Below, piece by piece: positions 12,110 to 24,102 of a DNA stretch of 64,000 nucleotides. Position 1 is the first letter of the stretch. Each line of letters starts with the position of its first letter. The stretch covers positions 70,845,786 to 70,909,785 of the forward strand of contig JARDVH010000099.1 of NCBI GenBank assembly GCA_030324005.1, in the 5' to 3' direction. The position numbers and the translations under genes were made by a program. Source of the DNA: Negaprion brevirostris. Lineage: Eukaryota. The notes under the pieces are model-generated. The model was not told the origin of the DNA, ran no database searches, and was given only the letters and a program-made list of their open reading frames with translations.

Positions 12110-12870
12110 GACATAGGAGCAGGAATGGACCATACGGTCTCTACAGTCTGCTCTGCCATTCATTGCTATCATGGCTGATCTGCTCAACTCATTTGTGCCT
12201 GCTTTTCCTATCCCTCCATCGACCGAGCAACAAAATATCCATCTATTCCTGTGTTAAATAGACCCAATGATGGAGCATCCATAACCCTCATAGTAGATAA
12301 TTCCAAAGATTCTGAATGAACAGATTTCTCCCCTCATTTGTAAATGATTGACCTCTGCTATGCCTTCACGTTCTGGGTTACCCAGTCAAGGGAACCAACC
12401 TCTAGATCCATGCTGACAAATTCCTTCAGGATCTTGTATATTTAAATGAGATCACCTCTTGTTTTTCCTAACTTCAGAGGGAATAGGCCTAATTTATTCA
12501 GTATTTCATGATAGGACAAGCCTAGGATTAATCAGTGAACCTTCGCTGTACTGCTTCCAATGCACTTAGACTTCTTTAGAAGTGGAGCCCAAAACTCTGC
12601 ATTGTAGTTGAGGCAAGGTTGCATCTAAGTCCTGTACACTTGTACTTATATTTGTTCTCGTATCCCCTCTTAGCAAACAGATAGTAAGGCTTTGCTGCAT
12701 GCATGTTAACTTTGTGTTCCTTGTAAGAGTACATTTGAAGACTTTCTGAACATGTCTCCTAAAAATTTGCTTTTCTGGTCTTACAAGCATGCTGAATAAC
12801 CTCTCACTTCCCCTCAATCTACTCCTACTGCCACCTTGTTGCCCATTTACTTAATCTGCCTATATAGCCT
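12110..12870 (-). mobile_element. CR1 LINE 3' portion
   Basis: Starts CATAGGAGCAGG...GCCATTCATTGCTATCATGGCTGATC (antisense CR1 tail), followed by antisense ORF2 C-terminal sequence. Confidence 0.8.
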
Positions 12871-12877
12871 TTTGCAG

Positions 12878-13085
12878 TAATGGAAATCTGGAACTTAGTT
12901 CTGCACAAAACTGTTGAATTAGCTCAATTGAAAATTTCAAAATTTTTTTTTTAAAAACCTGCATTATTAAAGGTTACAGAATCAAGGTGGACAGATGGAG
13001 TTAAAATACAGATCAACTATGATCTAATTGAATGGTAGGGTAGGATGGAGTGGCTGAATGATGGCCTATTTTTGTTCCTATGTTG
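12878..13085 (+). mobile_element. CR1 3' end
   Basis: AATCTGGAAC...CAGATCAACTATGATCTAATTGAATGG...GTTCCTATGTT. Confidence 0.75.
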
Positions 13086-13314
13086 CTAAAATATTTTCTT
13101 GTGTGTGTTCTTAGCTCAAAGTGATTGAAATAAAAAGGGAAACAAGATCACAGCAGAAATTCATCATACGCTTTAAAAGAAGTGCCTCTGAACGTCGTTT
13201 TCTTGACATAGACCACAGCAAATATTAATAGTTGTCTCATGCAACATGGAAGAATTTAAACTGCTGCTCTTTGTCTGCTTGGTAAATGGAGAGGACTCAT
13301 CGGTTGACTCGTGG

Positions 13315-13503
13315 CATGGTCGAGACAAGTAGCATAGGTGTATTTAAGGGGAAGCTAGAGAAGTCCATGACAGGTAAAGGAATAGAATGATATGTTGATA
13401 AGGCGAGATGAGGCAAGGTTGGAAGATGCCCATATGGAACATAAACATTGGAGTTGGCATATTGAGCCAAGTGGCCTTATTCTGTGCCATAATCTCTGTG
13501 TAA
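13315..13503 (+). mobile_element. CR1 3' end (older subfamily)
   Basis: ATTTAAGGGGAAGCTAGA...GGAACATAAACA...GGCCTTATTCTGTGC. Confidence 0.65.
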
Positions 13504-15479
13504 TAAATGAGGACCTGTTTCTAATTCTTATTTTTTGAGCTGCTTTCAGCATTGAAAAACCTTTTCTCTCCTTCACAACACTTTCTTTAGGTCAGTATTG
13601 ACATTCTGGAATGATGATCTGATTCAAGCTGGGGAAGTTTAATTATTTGTAATCTGATTTTGAGATGAGGAAATCCTCCTGCTTTGCGTTATATTGAACT
13701 TTGCATGAAATGTGTGGCAGATGTAAGCTAGATAATGCTGTGGGATGATTCGGAAGCACTTTTGGTAAAACTAAGCGAATTGACCTTTATCATGGTACAT
13801 GCACTCCACTGATAACTGAGATGCAATCATAGGTACTTTTTAGTCAAAACTGTCTCATTTCTCTGTTTCTTACTACTTCCAATTAAGAGTGCAATGAATA
13901 CTTTCTGGAGTAATATTTGTGATAGTGGAAACTTAATTTGTAGTGAGATCTTGTGCAGGCAGCTATTACTTACTACCCTGTTTATCTTTGTCCTCATGTC
14001 TCTTCGCATTAATTTTTACCCCGGCCATCTTGATAACAAATCATTTCAAATGAAACAGTCAAGTGAAAAAGAAAAGTAAATTATTCTGTTTATGCATATG
14101 TCATTTAAGTGTGCACTCATATATTTTGTTGCTGTTTTGTCAAATGTGCTATGTGTAAGGTGGCTATAAAGAGCTTTAAGATATCATTGCAAGTTCTGGA
14201 TTTCTGCAGACGATATTTCCAGCCTGGACACTCCCACTTGCACTTCCTCCTCGACTTCCCACCACCCTTCTCGCTCCCTCCAAACCACTTTTTTTAGTGG
14301 GTGATTTGCCATTTAAGATCATTATTTGTTTGGTTGTATTGTTATGGTATTAATGGTATGCAGCATTAAATTATTAGAACAAATCTTCACTGAGTGCTGT
14401 TTTTGTGGCTTGTTTTATTTATAAAATCATTAAAAGCTTCTTGTGAAAGTCATTGAATTACACTTGTAATGCATTTTATTAAAAAGGAACAGTAATACTT
14501 AAGAAAGAAACATTGTTGTAAATATGCAGCAGATTAATTTGTACCTGAAAAGATGGGCTAATACTTTGGGGAATAGGAAGGGAGTTTACTGGCTGTAGAT
14601 CCTTCAGCTGTATTAAATGGTGCGCGTCTTACCTAATTTACAGCAGTTTGACCGTTAAAGCATCCCTTTTTTCTGGGGCATTTCTATTAACAACTGGATT
14701 TATTTGTCATATCAATAGAATTTTTATCCCCCCCATTTATTTCATATATCTACTGAAAGTGTTAAGATAAATCTGTGATTGGATACTTGGGCTGTTGTAT
14801 CCAGAGTTGGATAAAGTGATGTTTTGACGATGTTAAAGAAAAATCAGACCACTTACTGAAAGCAAAGTGATTTCAGATTATTCTGATCCCAACATTAATC
14901 CTTTTAAAGGAAAATCACTCTAGAAAAGGGGTGGGTTAGCCAGTTTAGAAAAGAAAAAAGCAAAACTAAATTAGGAACCTTTACAGCAGGAGATAATTAA
15001 TTAAAATTATTGTGCGACTTTAATTGTGGCATATGGCTCTTTAAAGTGTTGAAATGCAGCAGTTGTCTTTTATCAACAGCAATCTATTGTAAGAAAGTTA
15101 ATATTTAACAAGTATTAATAATACAAATTAGAAGAAAAGGTATGTTTTCTGCTGTGATAGCTGCTACTTGGCAACAGCTATGATGAAACTAGCCGATACC
15201 CATGGTTTTTATTAAATGGACTATTTTTCTAAAATTATAATACAGTTGCAGCATTTTCTTGATGTGCAATACTAGCACGATGATGTCTTCGATCTATGCA
15301 ATTAAAGAAGAACAAAGGTGCATTTAGAATCTACATTCCATTTCTTTCAATTTAACCTCATTTGACTGGGTAAGTGAAAAGCTGTTCCAAATTCAAGTGC
15401 CACAATATCTTGTAACCAAGAACAGCCACAGCAGGTTTCTCTCCTTTTTGACCTCCCATCTTGCTATGGATGTGTAGCC

Positions 15480-16310
15480 AGCCTTGCACCATTCTGCCCT
15501 CTTCGTAACCATGATTTATCCCAACCTTTTCTGCAGACATGCTCGCATCCCCCAAAGTGGCAAATTTAAAATTCTTGCCCTTATGTTTAAATTCATTTAT
15601 GACCTAGTTTCTCCACATCTCCATATGATCATCAAGCTCTAACTTTAGCCTTTTGTACATCTTTTACCACAACCATTGATGGTCATGACTCAAACCGTTA
15701 AAGCATCACATTCATTCTTTCTGGTTGTATCACAGTTTGGTATGGCTCCTGTTTTGTCCAAGACTGCAAGAAACTATAAAGGGTCGTGAATGAAGCCCAG
15801 TCCATCACTTAAACCAGCCTCCCATCCATTGACACTGTCTACACTTCCCACTGTCTTGGAAAAGTAGCAAGCATAATCAAGGACCCCACACATCCCAGAC
15901 ATACTCTCTTCAACCTCCTTCTGTTGGGAAAAAGATCATGCACCAACTAACTCAAGAACAGCTTCTTCCCTGCTGTCATCAGAGTTTTGAATGGACCTAC
16001 TTTGCATTAAGTTGATCTTTCTCTACATCTTAGCTGTGACTATAACACTACATTCTGTACTCCTTTCCTTCTCTATGCATGGTATGCTTTATATAAAGTG
16101 CAAGAAACAATACTTTTCACTGTATACTAATACAAGTGACAAATCAAATCAGGACTTCTTTCCTTAAACAGCTCTGTACTTCCACCTACGTCACTTTTGT
16201 TAAATCTTTCTAAATCTGACACCTAATGAAACTTTGGTAGTTGCTTTAGGTATCACACATCTACTGAGTGCCTTGAAGTATCTTGTGTTAAAGGTGGTTT
16301 ATAAATCTAA
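15480..16310 (+). mobile_element. L2 3' fragment interrupted by Rex1/Babar
   Basis: TTTAAAATTCTTGCCCTTATGTTTAAATTC at the 5' side and the L2 tail GTTAAAGGTGGTTTATAAAT at about 16290-16310. Confidence 0.6.
15705..16150 (+). mobile_element. Rex1/Babar LINE 3' end
   Basis: ILSGCITVWYGSCFVQDCKKL*RVV and LKNSFFPAVIRVLN; tail TTTTCACTGTATACTAATACAAGTGACAAATCAAATC. Confidence 0.88.
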
Positions 16311-16746
16311 ATTACCCTAATCAGTCAAAGACTGACATATGTCACACTCCTAAGATAGTAATATTTTCCAATACACATTCTTTTTTGATATGTATTGTCC
16401 TACCATCACAATATAGGTAATAAAAGACAGTGGCTAGAATTTTCTGACTCCTGTGAATGGCATCTTTCAGCCCTGCTGAGGTTGACCTCCCATGGCCATT
16501 TGCCTGGTCAGCAGTACAAATGGTCATTTACTTCAGAGGGACCAGAAAGTTTTTAGGGGGCTTTGAAGATGAGCCTACTAAAAGTGATTTCCACAAATTA
16601 AATGATTCCTATTATCTTGACTTTACTTAACTCCCTGGCTCTTGTGTTTTAGCAGTATTCAAATTAAGAAATAATTTTCCTAAAAGTATAAGTTTTTTAG
16701 TTGGCTTTAATGATTTGTGGAGATGTTGTAGGCATCAGTTGGCAAA

Positions 16747-17016
16747 CTGACATCAGGTATTTTGCATGTTTTAAACACTGCCCAAGTTTATTCTCCATTG
16801 AAGACAATGAAGTGAAATATAGAATGGGGTGANNNNNNNNNNNNNNNNNNNNNNNNNNNNNNNNNNNNNNNNNNNNNNNNNNNNNNNNNNNNNNNNNNNN
16901 NNNNNNNNNNNNNNNNNNNNNNNNNNNNNNNNTGACATCAGGTATTTTGCATGTTTTACACACTGCCCAATTTTATTCTCCATTGAAGCCAATGAAGTGC
17001 AATATAGAATGGGGTG
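16747..17016. repeat. About 85-bp direct duplication flanking a 100-N gap (probable assembly or haplotype artefact)
   Basis: TGACATCAGGTATTTTGCATG...AGAATGGGGTGA occurs at 16748-16832 and 16933-17017 with few differences. Confidence 0.85.
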
Positions 17017-17109
17017 AAAAGCCAATGGCTCATCCAATCATGTGGATTTCCCAGCTGGCAAATTACATTAAATTTTCCCCTAGCTTGAGGGTCTCTTTCT
17101 ACTATTAGT

Positions 17110-17495
17110 TGGAAAGGCTTGTTTCCACCAAGGTTTAGAAAATTGGGGTCGGGGGGTGACTGATTGAAGTATATTGGATCCTAAATGGTCTTGACAAAGT
17201 AGATGTGGAAAAGATGTTTCCTGTTGTGGGTGCGTCCAGAGTTAAGGGGCACTGTTTGGAAATTAGCTGTCACCCTTGAGGAGAATTTTTTTTCTGAGGG
17301 CTCTGTGACTCTGGAATTCTCTGTTCAGAAAGCAATAGAGACAGGGTCACTGAATATTTTTAAGGCAAAGGTAGATAGATTCTTGGGCAAGGGAATGAAA
17401 AGTTTTTGGGAAAAGATAGGAGCTCTATGCAAACAAATCAACCATGATCTTACTGAATGGCGTACTTCTGCTCCTATTTCATATGTTCATATGTA
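17110..17495 (+). mobile_element. CR1 3' end
   Basis: LDKVDVEKMFPVVG..RVKGH-like sequence, TTTAAGGCAAAGGTAGATAGATTCTTG and a CR1 tail. Confidence 0.85.
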
Positions 17496-17727
17496 CTATT
17501 GCACTATGGCTATAATTCCTCTTGCATCCTGGGCAGTGCTGTTGCCCAGTGAGAGTAACTTAATCTCATCTTGCTGGCTTCAGCAGAAATGCTATTTTCC
17601 TTTTGAGCGCAAGTATAGTAATATGGANNNNNNNNNNNNNNNNNNNNNNNNNNNNNNNNNNNNNNNNNNNNNNNNNNNNNNNNNNNNNNNNNNNNNNNNN
17701 NNNNNNNNNNNNNNNNNNNNNNNNNNN

Positions 17728-17800
17728 AAACGCCTTACTAAAATCCATATATATCACGTCAACTGCCTTACCCCTATCCACCTCTTTGGTCACTTTCTCA
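17728..17800 (-). mobile_element. Young CR1 RT fragment at a gap edge
   Basis: FEKVTKEVDRGKAVDVIYMDFSKAF. Confidence 0.85.
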
Positions 17801-19029
17801 AAGTGACCAAAGTGATCAGTTCTTCATTATTTTGCCAAAGAAAGAGGTGATTCAGTGGAAATGAAAATATTACTCTATATTCGGACTTTGTTAGATGAAT
17901 GCAAGGGCCTCTGATATTGGACAACCTGACTTAACAGGATTTACTGAACCAAACAGCAGTTCCTTTGCTGCAGCGGGAAAGCTACCTATTTTTAAGTAAA
18001 CTAGAATGAGATTTTTTAATTCCTCTCATTTAAGTATGAACAGTGGACACGAGCAAATTTTCACAGTTTTAATACAGCAGATTTGATTTCTTTTGCACAA
18101 AGCTGAAATTCTATTTTTTTGGTAAAATATGTGCTTTTCTTCAATTAAATTGTTATGCTTCTCCCTATGCTTTGAGCATTGGTGGGATGGAGTTCATGCT
18201 ACTGAGAATAATAATCTGGATAAAAATTGCACTTACATGCACTGGTTTTCTGAGTGAAGTTCAAATTTTGTCCCAAACTCCCTTGCGTAATCTCAGAGAA
18301 AGCATTTTCTGTAAACCAGTGCATTTGGGAAGCATTTTAGAATTTAATTGTCTATTTTTTTTACCCTCACAAGAAAGTATATTCCATTGAGTTATAGTAA
18401 CCTGCTGTTTTACTATTGCAGCTGAAAATGGAGTTTTCACAAACGTAAGTGTTTTTATTAAGCAATCTGGCTGAGTCATTTAAATGTTAATATTCAAAAC
18501 TTTTTAAAGATCCTATTGCGCTCTTTGCTTAGTTTGAAGAGTCTCCTCAAATGGCTGCAAATATACAATATTAGCAGAAACTTGGCATGCTCCTAAATCC
18601 ATTCTGGGCCTTGGCCTGATTCCGTGGGCAGGGCCAACTTCAGGCACAAAAGTGATATTTTTAAAATTCCTGTGGAAGATTGCAGAAGCTCGATACGTGC
18701 GAGACATAGTCTGCATGTAAATTTTAGATCTTTTCACACTGCTTTATCCAATTTGGCAAATTAAACCAGCGCAATCTGGTGGAAACTCTTTAAATATTCT
18801 AGTCTGACCCACTAGAGGTGTCTTTTTACCAGGCTCAATTATCATAGTCAAATGTGACTCACCCTTGAGCTTCATCCATTCAACATAAAGGAAATCTACA
18901 AATTTACTTGTGGGTGAAAGAGAAAGCTGCTTTACCAACTGCTTATGTGGGTAGCTCCCCTACATCTATTTACATCTTCATTGCTTTTATGTAGAAATTA
19001 AATCGCAATCAGAGAGACAACCAAGCTTT

Positions 19030-19201
19030 TCTGGCTTCCTAGTGGCAGAGCTTTCTGGTGGCAGAGACAGCCTGCCTTTGGCCGTTGGCGGGATCTTCCA
19101 GTCTTGCCAAAGTTGATGGCGTATTGTATGGTTTGCCTGTCCTGATGTTGGGCATCCCAGCCTGGGATAGTTGCCCTCAGCAGGTCTGCAAAATTCTGCC
19201 C
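19030..19201. mobile_element. Putative PIF/Harbinger-type MITE fragment
   Basis: GC-rich; ends AAAATTCTGCCC. GTTGGCGGGATCTTCCAGTC is the reverse complement of the motif at 28522-28545. Confidence 0.55.
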
Positions 19202-19264
19202 ATTGTTTTTTAACTTGGGAAGTAAACAAGGACTTTGTCAGGGAGAAACTGTAGTTGAAAGCTA

Positions 19265-20130
19265 TTGCTCCTTATTTAAGGAAAGACATAAATGCATTGG
19301 AAACAGTTAAGAGAAGTTTTATCAGATTGATACCTGGAATAGACTGTCTTACGAGAAAAGGCTGGACAAGCTAGGCTTGTATCTGCTGGAATGTAGAAAA
19401 TTATACAGTGACTTGATTAAAACGTGTAATATTCTAGGAGTCTTGATAGGGTGGATGTATCATAGAATCATAGAATCCTACAGTGTAGAAAGAGGCCCTT
19501 CAGCCCTTCGAGTCTGCACCAAACACAATCCCACCCAGCCCAACCTTCATATCCCTACATATTATACCCATTAAATCCCGCTAACCTCCACTACCCTGGA
19601 CACTAAGGGGCAATTTCTTAACATGGCCAATCAACCTAACCTGCGCATGTTTGGACTATGGGAGGAAACCCACGTAGACACGAAGAGAATGTGCAAACTC
19701 CACACAGACAGTGACCTGAGCCAGGAATCTGAGCCAGGAATCGAACCCAGGACCCTGGAGCTGTGAAGCAGCAGTGCTAACCATTGTGCTACCGTATGGA
19801 AAGGATGTTTCTTCTAGTGGGAAAATCTATAACTAGGGGTCACTGTCTAAAAATAAGGATCGCTCATTTAAGACTGAGATGAGGAAAACTTTTTTTGTGA
19901 GGGTTGTTAGACTTTGGAATTCTGTTCCTCCAAAGATAATTGAAGCATGTCTTTGAATATCTTTAAGGCAAAAGTCGATTCTTAAATAAGCAAGGGGACG
20001 AAAGATTATTGGGTAAGCAGGAATGTGAAGTTGAGGTTAAAATTAAATCAGCCAATTTCTCATGAATGGTGGAGCAAGTCTGAGAGGCTGAGTGGCCTCC
20101 TCCTGCTCCTAATTCATAACTTCATGTTAC
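19265..20130 (+). mobile_element. CR1 3' portion split by an antisense HE1 SINE
   Basis: PYLRKDINALETVKRSFIRLIPG; resumes at 19795 (ATGGAAAGGATGTTT) and ends GGCCTCCTCCTGCTCCTAATTC. Confidence 0.88.
19460..19794 (-). mobile_element. HE1-type V-SINE, CR1-type tail
   Basis: CATAGAATCATAGAATCCTACAGTG...GGACTATGGGAGGAAACC...GCAGCAGTGCTAACCATTGTG; internal 13-bp duplication GAGCCAGGAATCT. Confidence 0.9.
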
Positions 20131-20407
20131 TAGCATAGGCACGATGGACCAAATGTCCTCTTCCTGTGTCATTCTGGATTAATGCATTGTATGCAGGCTT
20201 TGGTGGCACACTTGTTGATTTAAAACATTTTAGGTTGGAATCATCAAATGTTGGTATCTGAACCCCTCCCCGTCAAAATAAAAAGAAACTATTTCCGAAG
20301 TCTGTTTATAAAAGCAGGAAATTTGTGTTCTGTCTAATCTACCTGATCAGTTACAAGTTGCTTTCTTTCCATTTGAGGGAAGTTTTCTCTTCTAAATGTA
20401 CCTGATC

Positions 20408-20836
20408 AAAAAATAAAACCAAAAATTCTGGAAACTCTCAGCAGTTCAGGCAGCATCTGTGGAGAGAGAAACATATAAAATCCCTACAGTGCAGAAGGAG
20501 GTGTTTTGGCCCATCGAGTCTGCACCAACTCTCCTAAAGAGTGTCCCACCTAGGCCCTATCCTTGTAACTCCATGTATTTACCCTGTTAATCCCTCTAAC
20601 CTACACATTTTGGGACACTAAGGGGCAATTTAGCATGGCCAGTGCACTTAACCTGCACATTTGGACTGTGGGAGGAAACAGAAGGACCCAGAGGAAATCC
20701 ATGCAGGCCCTGGGAGAACATGCAAACTCCACACAGTCACCCAAGGCTGGAATCAAACCCAGGTTCACTAGCATTATCAGGTAGCAGTGCTAACCATTGT
20801 GCCATCGTGCCGCTCAACGTTTTGGGTTGATGACCC
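20408..20836 (-). mobile_element. PLE-type pLTR fragment (20408-20475 and 20814-20836) split by an HE1 SINE
   Basis: CTGGAAACTCTCAGCAG..CAGGCAGCATCTGTGGAGAGAGAAACA, then AACGTTTTGGGTTGATGACCC (antisense hammerhead stem II plus a GAAAC remnant). Confidence 0.7.
20476..20813 (-). mobile_element. HE1-type V-SINE, CR1-type tail
   Basis: AATCCCTACAGTGCAGAAGGAGG...GGACTGTGGGAGGAAAC...GCAGTGCTAACCATTGTGCCATCGTGCCGC. Confidence 0.9.
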
Positions 20837-21002
20837 AAGATGAATACCAATTTTAAAATGAAAATAACAAAGGAATTAAATACCGCATAGGTATACCAAT
20901 TAATCAGTTGTGTGGAGTGGCTTTACTATCAGTGAGGAAAGCAAAACAGTTGTGCTTTTCCAGTAAGGAGAACGGCATGTCAAGCTACCTTTATACTTCC
21001 AC

Positions 21003-21215
21003 AAAAGCAAAATACTGTGGATACTGCAAATCTGAAATAAAGAGAAAATAGTGAAAAACAATCAGCAGGTCAGGCAGGTGAAAAATTAACATTTCAGGTT
21101 GATTCCCTGATCAGAACTGGGAAATATCGTGTAATAAGCAAGTGCAGAGGCAAGGAGAGGGGGCTGGGTGGGGCCGGAGGAAACAACGAAAGGGAAGGTC
21201 CGGAGTTATTAAATG
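21003..21215 (-). mobile_element. PLE-type pLTR/3' UTR fragment with degenerate hammerhead
   Basis: AAAAGCAAAATACTGTGGATACTGCAAATCTGAAATAA; the reverse complement of 21086-21118 is AGTT-CTGATCA-GGGAATCAACCT-GAAA-TGTT-AA. Confidence 0.7.
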
Positions 21216-22215
21216 ATAGTGTCTCCACCATTTGCTATCCTGTAGTTTCAGATGGTAAAACCTTGGGCAAAGCATCACCTCTTTTATTGCAGAAAACATT
21301 GGAAATACACAAATGGCCCAGCGAGCATGTGGAAAAAGGACAGATTACAAAGATAAAGGGTCAATAAGAGTGGGAGCAGGAGACAACCAATGGATACAAT
21401 GATCACCAGAGTTATGATCAGTTATGGAGGTCTAAGGCTGCAAGATGGTTTGAGAAAATATTTTTGTTTTGTTACAAGGAACCTTTTTAAAATACATTTG
21501 TGTTTTGTTGTTCACAAATGACATAGAATATATTTTAATTGAATTGATCTCTACTTGGAGCCGTAGTCAGTGTCACTAACAAAATAATACAGCAAAAGTT
21601 GAAATTATCTAGAGCAATAAACCACTATTATAAATCTGTCAAGGGAACTTATCATTGGAAGGACCTCATTATTGTGTGAGTCATGGAATCATGGAGTTGT
21701 TTCCAAGAGAGGAAACATGGAGAGAAGTAGACACAATTCTGCATGTTACTCATTGTCTACTGTGAGCACATTGAATTCAGGTTAACTCTTTATCTGTTCA
21801 GGCTGCAGGAGTTTGTGACCGTTCTATTTCTACATTTCTTTAAGGCTGTCCGGTTCTGATGGAAACAATTGATGAAGAAAATGCTTCCAATCAAGCAAAA
21901 AAAAATCCAATAATTGAGCCAGTAAAATAATTTCTCCACACTTTTTAAAATTTCAGTTACAGCTTATTTCTGGTGTTTTTTTGTGCTCTTCCAGTTATGA
22001 CCCACATAACATAGAGTTTGTAGAAGCTGCCAGTTGCATTCATATTATAATGAGAGTATGTTGATGTCCCTTAATTTGATACCATGTAGGTTTGGCAGTC
22101 AGATTTTTCTGTTAGTGTCTGTCAACTAAGAATATTATCCTGCAGCTTCTTCTGCTTAAAAAATTGTTTAAAAACACAGTTGTCAATTTGACCTCTGTCA
22201 ACACGAAGCTCCCCA

Positions 22216-22253
22216 TTTGCCTGATGAAGGGGCAAACCCCAAAAGCTTGCGAG
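22216..22253 (+). ncRNA. Type I minimal hammerhead ribozyme motif (G12 to A, probably inactive)
   Basis: TTTGC-CTGATGA-A-GGGG-CAAA-CCCC-AAAA-GC-TT-GCGAG: intact CUGAUGA, 4-bp stem II and palindromic AAGCTT helix III. Confidence 0.7.
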
Positions 22254-22345
22254 TTTGCTATCAAATAAATCGGTTGGACTTAAACCTGGTGTTGTCAGAC
22301 TTCTTACTGTGTTTACCCCAGACCAACGCCGGCATCTCCACATCA
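22216..22345 (+). mobile_element. Solo PLE pLTR with hammerhead motif, at the break point of the copia RT
   Basis: Colinear with 4237-4365: CTGATGAAGGGGCAAACCCCAAAAGCTTGCG...AATAAA...CCAACGCCGGCATCTCCACATCA. Confidence 0.88.
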
Positions 22346-24095
22346 GGTCTTTTTCAGCACAGATCCACCCTTGTAATAAAACAGGTTGCCCAATATCTGG
22401 TACCTCAGTATAAATACCAAACTCTCTGCAAATATCTAATTTCCTCTGTTTTGTTCCCCTTATTAGTTTATGTTTGGGTTTATTGGCAGCCACTGAAACT
22501 TCATGATGATGAAGATTTATTCTTCTAGTTCTGTTCCAAGACTGTCTTGTGATGTTTATTTCACTATCTAATCTATTCAAGCTATGGCATCTCTGCTTGC
22601 ACAGTTATACCTGTCAGAACTGTTGCTGTGAGATCTGCCTCTTGCACTAATCAGGGGGTGGGAGAGGGCAAGATGTGGTACATATTATCCTCTGGTGATC
22701 ATTTTCTAAAGATAAAGTCAATTTCAGACCTGCTATCTGTAATTACGCTGTGCTTTCTTACTCAAAACGCTTTTACTCAATTTTGTCAATCCATGAGCCT
22801 TGTTTTTTAACCGTTATTCAGGACATTCAATCAATATTTAAATTTGCCAGTAGGTTTTCTATACTTCCTAAAATTGTTGCATCCCTCCATTCACTAGGCC
22901 TCTTTGGAGTGTATATCACCTGAGTATCCACTCTGAGAAATTGGTCTTTGCATGTGATAACTTTGTCCTGCGTGCCATGAGCATTCACATTACCACTTCT
23001 AAACTTCTTCTGGTACGAAGTGCCTTGTTTGTTTTTTATCAGCTGCTTCAAGGCTGATATTTTGTAATTAATTTTAATTAATCATGTAGCATGAACCTTC
23101 ACAGTTTGATTACTATGTTTGATAAGTACTATCTAAGCATCATGACCTATTAGCTTACTGGGGCGTCTCAGTTTACTTATAATGCATCAAACCTCCCAAA
23201 TTAAAATCTGTTTAGGATGATCTTATCCAATGCTTCTGTGCTGTCTGAATTTGAGACCTCAGCCTTGATGAAAGCATTCAAATGTGCAGAAAACATTGAA
23301 CCAATTGTATTACCTCCTAGAACAGGAGGACAATCATATTGCCACAGAAGACAATTTGAAATTTCATCCATAGATTGATTGATAGGGAATATTTCATCCG
23401 GAATGATTCCTTTGCATGAATCACCCATGTCAAGCGTGGGTGNNNNNNNNNNTGCGGTCTAGTTGATCACCTAACGTTTTATGCAGCATTTCATCGATCG
23501 CTGCAATTCCTTTCATACAGTCCATTGCTGAAAGGAAATTTGTCTACAATATACATGCCTGTTATATCCATATATTTACAAAGTCTCTTACCTTATCATT
23601 GGTATTTTCCTCTTTATCAGTCACAAACTTCTCTAGCACTCTAAGTCCAATCCCTTCCATTTTTCCATGATTTTGTCTATAATAAATTTGATGCCCTTAC
23701 TAATCAATATTTTTGGAAGAGCAAACCTGGTTACCAAGTTTACAAAATGTAGATGCAAATATATCTGCCTTGTCCCATACCTTTAGATCCATGGCAACTA
23801 CCCCATTACTGTGTCAGTGAAGGTGTACATTAGGTTGTGGTGGCATACTTCAACATTTATTATGCATTTTGCAATGTTCACTGTTAACTTCATTTACATC
23901 TTTTAGCATTTTCTTAAAAAAGTGACAAATAGAATTAGGGCATTGAACATCCAACTTGAAGACAACTTCTTAACATCTGATGCTATGAATATTTGTCTAG
24001 CACCCTGATGAGAAACATCAGGTTTTGTTCAGGGGATATATTGTGTCTTGACTGGATAAATCCCAGATCCACTGACTTTGCCTATCAGGCTATGT
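22346..24095 (-). mobile_element. Decayed Ty1/copia LTR retrotransposon pol fragment (PR end, integrase, RT start), GalEa-like
   Basis: Minus-strand peptides in copia order: SVDLGFIQSRH (about 24043-24075), VVAMDLKVWDK (23769-23801), KFVTDK, FPFSNGLYERN (23505-23537), AHLNAFIKAEVS, SEWRDATILG, GKFKY*LNV, then KQRKLDICREFGIYTEVPDIGQPVLLQGWICAEK (about 22350-22450). No LTR seen. Confidence 0.82.
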
Positions 24096-24102
24096 GATTT
24101 AC

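Noticed and set aside
12110-13085. Opposed CR1 pieces as a twin-priming 5' inversion
   Set aside because: Both pieces carry their own 3' tail, so two independent insertions are more likely.
22216-22253. Helix I covariation (TTTGC/GCGAG versus CAC/GTG) as proof of hammerhead structure
   Set aside because: The 5' strand may be partly flanking target DNA, since the copia frame could continue as ..NG.., so I did not count it as independent evidence.
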